36,002 nucleotides of DNA, taken from positions 1 through 36,002 of IMG/VR virus record IMGVR_UViG_3300037419_000564. The stretch is one strand, 5' to 3'. Below, piece after piece: positions 35,140 to 36,002 of the stretch (within the stretch, counting starts at the first letter, position 1; each line of letters opens with the position of its first letter). This stretch comes from a virus. Taxonomy: Duplodnaviria > Caudoviricetes. Made by a program: the position numbers and the translations under genes. The notes beneath the pieces were generated by a model. The model saw nothing but the letters and a program-made list of their open reading frames with translations. It had not been told where the DNA came from and ran no database searches.

Positions 35140-35285
35140 GCCCCCGCGGAATGCGCGCCCCTGAGCGCATCGCCTTCAGGCCTGTCGCACTGGCACTCCG
35201 CGCCAAACCAGCCCTTATGAGGCCCGATCACCTTGCCGCAGTCGTCACAATGCTTGAGGTCGGCGGGGCGATCAGGAATCGGCAT
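35115..35285 (-). CDS. Small Cys-rich (Zn-ribbon-like) protein
   Basis: Manual translation MPIPDRPADLKHCDDCGKVIGPHKGWFGAECQCDRPEG... Confidence 0.45.
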   Translation of the reverse strand: MPIPDRPADLKHCDDCGKVIGPHKGWFGAECQCDRPEGDALRGAHSAGAQRPSHSG

Positions 35286-35451
35286 CTAGCGGCCCGATGA
35301 TCTTGAGGCGCATTCCGGCCTTCGCGACCGGATGCTCGAGGATGGCTTCTATCGCTTCGTCGACCGTAACCGTGTGATCGACCGCGTCCTGGATGACGTT
35401 GGCGACATGCTTTGCGAAGTCAGGCTCGTCGAACTCGCGATCGCTGGTCAT
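35272..35451 (-). CDS. Small acidic hypothetical protein (59 aa)
   Basis: Manual translation MTSDREFDEPDFAKHVANVIQDAVDHTVTVDEAIEAILEHPVAKAGMRLKIIGPLDADS. Confidence 0.55.
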   Translation of the reverse strand: MTSDREFDEPDFAKHVANVIQDAVDHTVTVDEAIEAILEHPVAKAGMRLKIIGPLDADS

Positions 35452-35496
35452 CGGAGCCGGATAATCGCTCGGCCGACGAAACGGAAGCGGCCGCGG

Positions 35497-35679
35497 TCAG
35501 TCCTTCTTATCCAGGGCTGCGCGAAGGGCGACATCGCCCGCTGTTCGTAGGCGCTGAGCAATGTCCATCAATCCGTCATACATTGGCCCGCCAGTCCATT
35601 TCCCCGCCTCCCCCTCGCATCGGTCGGCAAGGCGTAGCAGCTCTCTCGCTTCTTCCTGACTTGATGGTGAGGGGGTCAT
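35497..35679 (-). CDS. Hypothetical protein
   Basis: 60 aa, ATGA overlap with the upstream gene. Confidence 0.6.
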   Translation of the reverse strand: MTPSPSSQEEARELLRLADRCEGEAGKWTGGPMYDGLMDIAQRLRTAGDVALRAALDKKD

Positions 35680-35879
35680 GGCAGTTGAAGCTCCCTGTCC
35701 TCGACTTCGCGCACAAAGCGGTCGATTGCCTCGTCCAGAAGCTGATATTTGAACTTATCGTCCTCGTCGCGCGTGACGGAACTCATGTTGCCGAGCGCAG
35801 CCGAAACGGCTCGGAGATGCCCCTTGGCGACCTCCCACTGGATCGACGCAGCCAGCTCTATTTGTTCGTCTCTATCCAT
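35676..35879 (-). CDS. Hypothetical protein
   Basis: MDRDEQIELAASIQWEVAKG...; SD AAGGA and TAATG coupling favour the start at 35879. Confidence 0.65.
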   Translation of the reverse strand: MDRDEQIELAASIQWEVAKGHLRAVSAALGNMSSVTRDEDDKFKYQLLDEAIDRFVREVEDRELQLP

Positions 35880-36002
35880 TATCTCGATCCTTCTTTGTTT
35901 CGGAAATGCGGGCGAGCCGCGAAGTAGATCGCTCCAGCTGCCGATAGAGCGGCCATGATCCATGCGAAGATCGCCAGCGCCGTAATCGGCGTGATTGTAG
36001 CG
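35879..36002 (-). CDS. Small membrane protein, partial (start outside window)
   Basis: ...ATITPITALAIFAWIMAALSAAGAIYFAARPHFRNKEGSR stop, TAATG overlap. Confidence 0.45.
   Translation of the reverse strand, partial: ATITPITALAIFAWIMAALSAAGAIYFAARPHFRNKEGSR

Larger units (their letters stand above)
1..36002. mobile_element. Temperate podovirus genome/prophage segment (lambdoid immunity and replication modules, BPP-1/epsilon15-like virion module)
   Basis: Continuous phage gene order: repressor/cro, replication, terminase, portal, capsid, tail tubes, internal virion proteins, fibre, lysis. No host housekeeping genes and no att/integrase in the window. Confidence 0.95.

Noticed and set aside
35332-35958. 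Plus-strand ORFs after the lysis cassette
   Set aside because: The minus-strand ORFs show coupling and SD sites; the plus-strand frames look like shadows.

Overview
The window is an almost complete, apparently intact temperate podovirus genome or prophage segment. It is GC-rich, and an alphaproteobacterial (possibly sphingomonad) host is my inference. The left part is a lambdoid immunity switch (cI-like/cro-like with three operator palindromes) and an early/replication module: methyltransferase-like protein, HTH, VRR-NUC, HNH, DnaB, and an initiator with iterons. The rest is a BPP-1/epsilon15/T7-like virion module: TerS, TerL, portal, scaffold, major capsid, cement, adaptor, nozzle, GNAT-like protein, internal virion proteins and tail fibre. 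It ends with a GH19 endolysin/spanin lysis cassette and convergent small minus-strand genes. No integrase, tRNA, rRNA, CRISPR array or reverse transcriptase is visible. The most notable observations are: (1) a GCGATTCAA-N18-TA promoter-like motif, four copies of which end exactly 30 nt before a start codon (leaderless late genes); (2) a tail nozzle gene split in two, whose first half ends in a poly-Pro linker plus an intein-like Hint domain; (3) four small proteins that all begin Met-Cys and end [LF]-Gly-Gly, encoded alongside a GNAT-like protein and a proteasome-type Thr peptidase; (4) two adjacent virion genes that appear to use near-cognate start codons. All product calls come from motif recognition and gene order; no searches were run.
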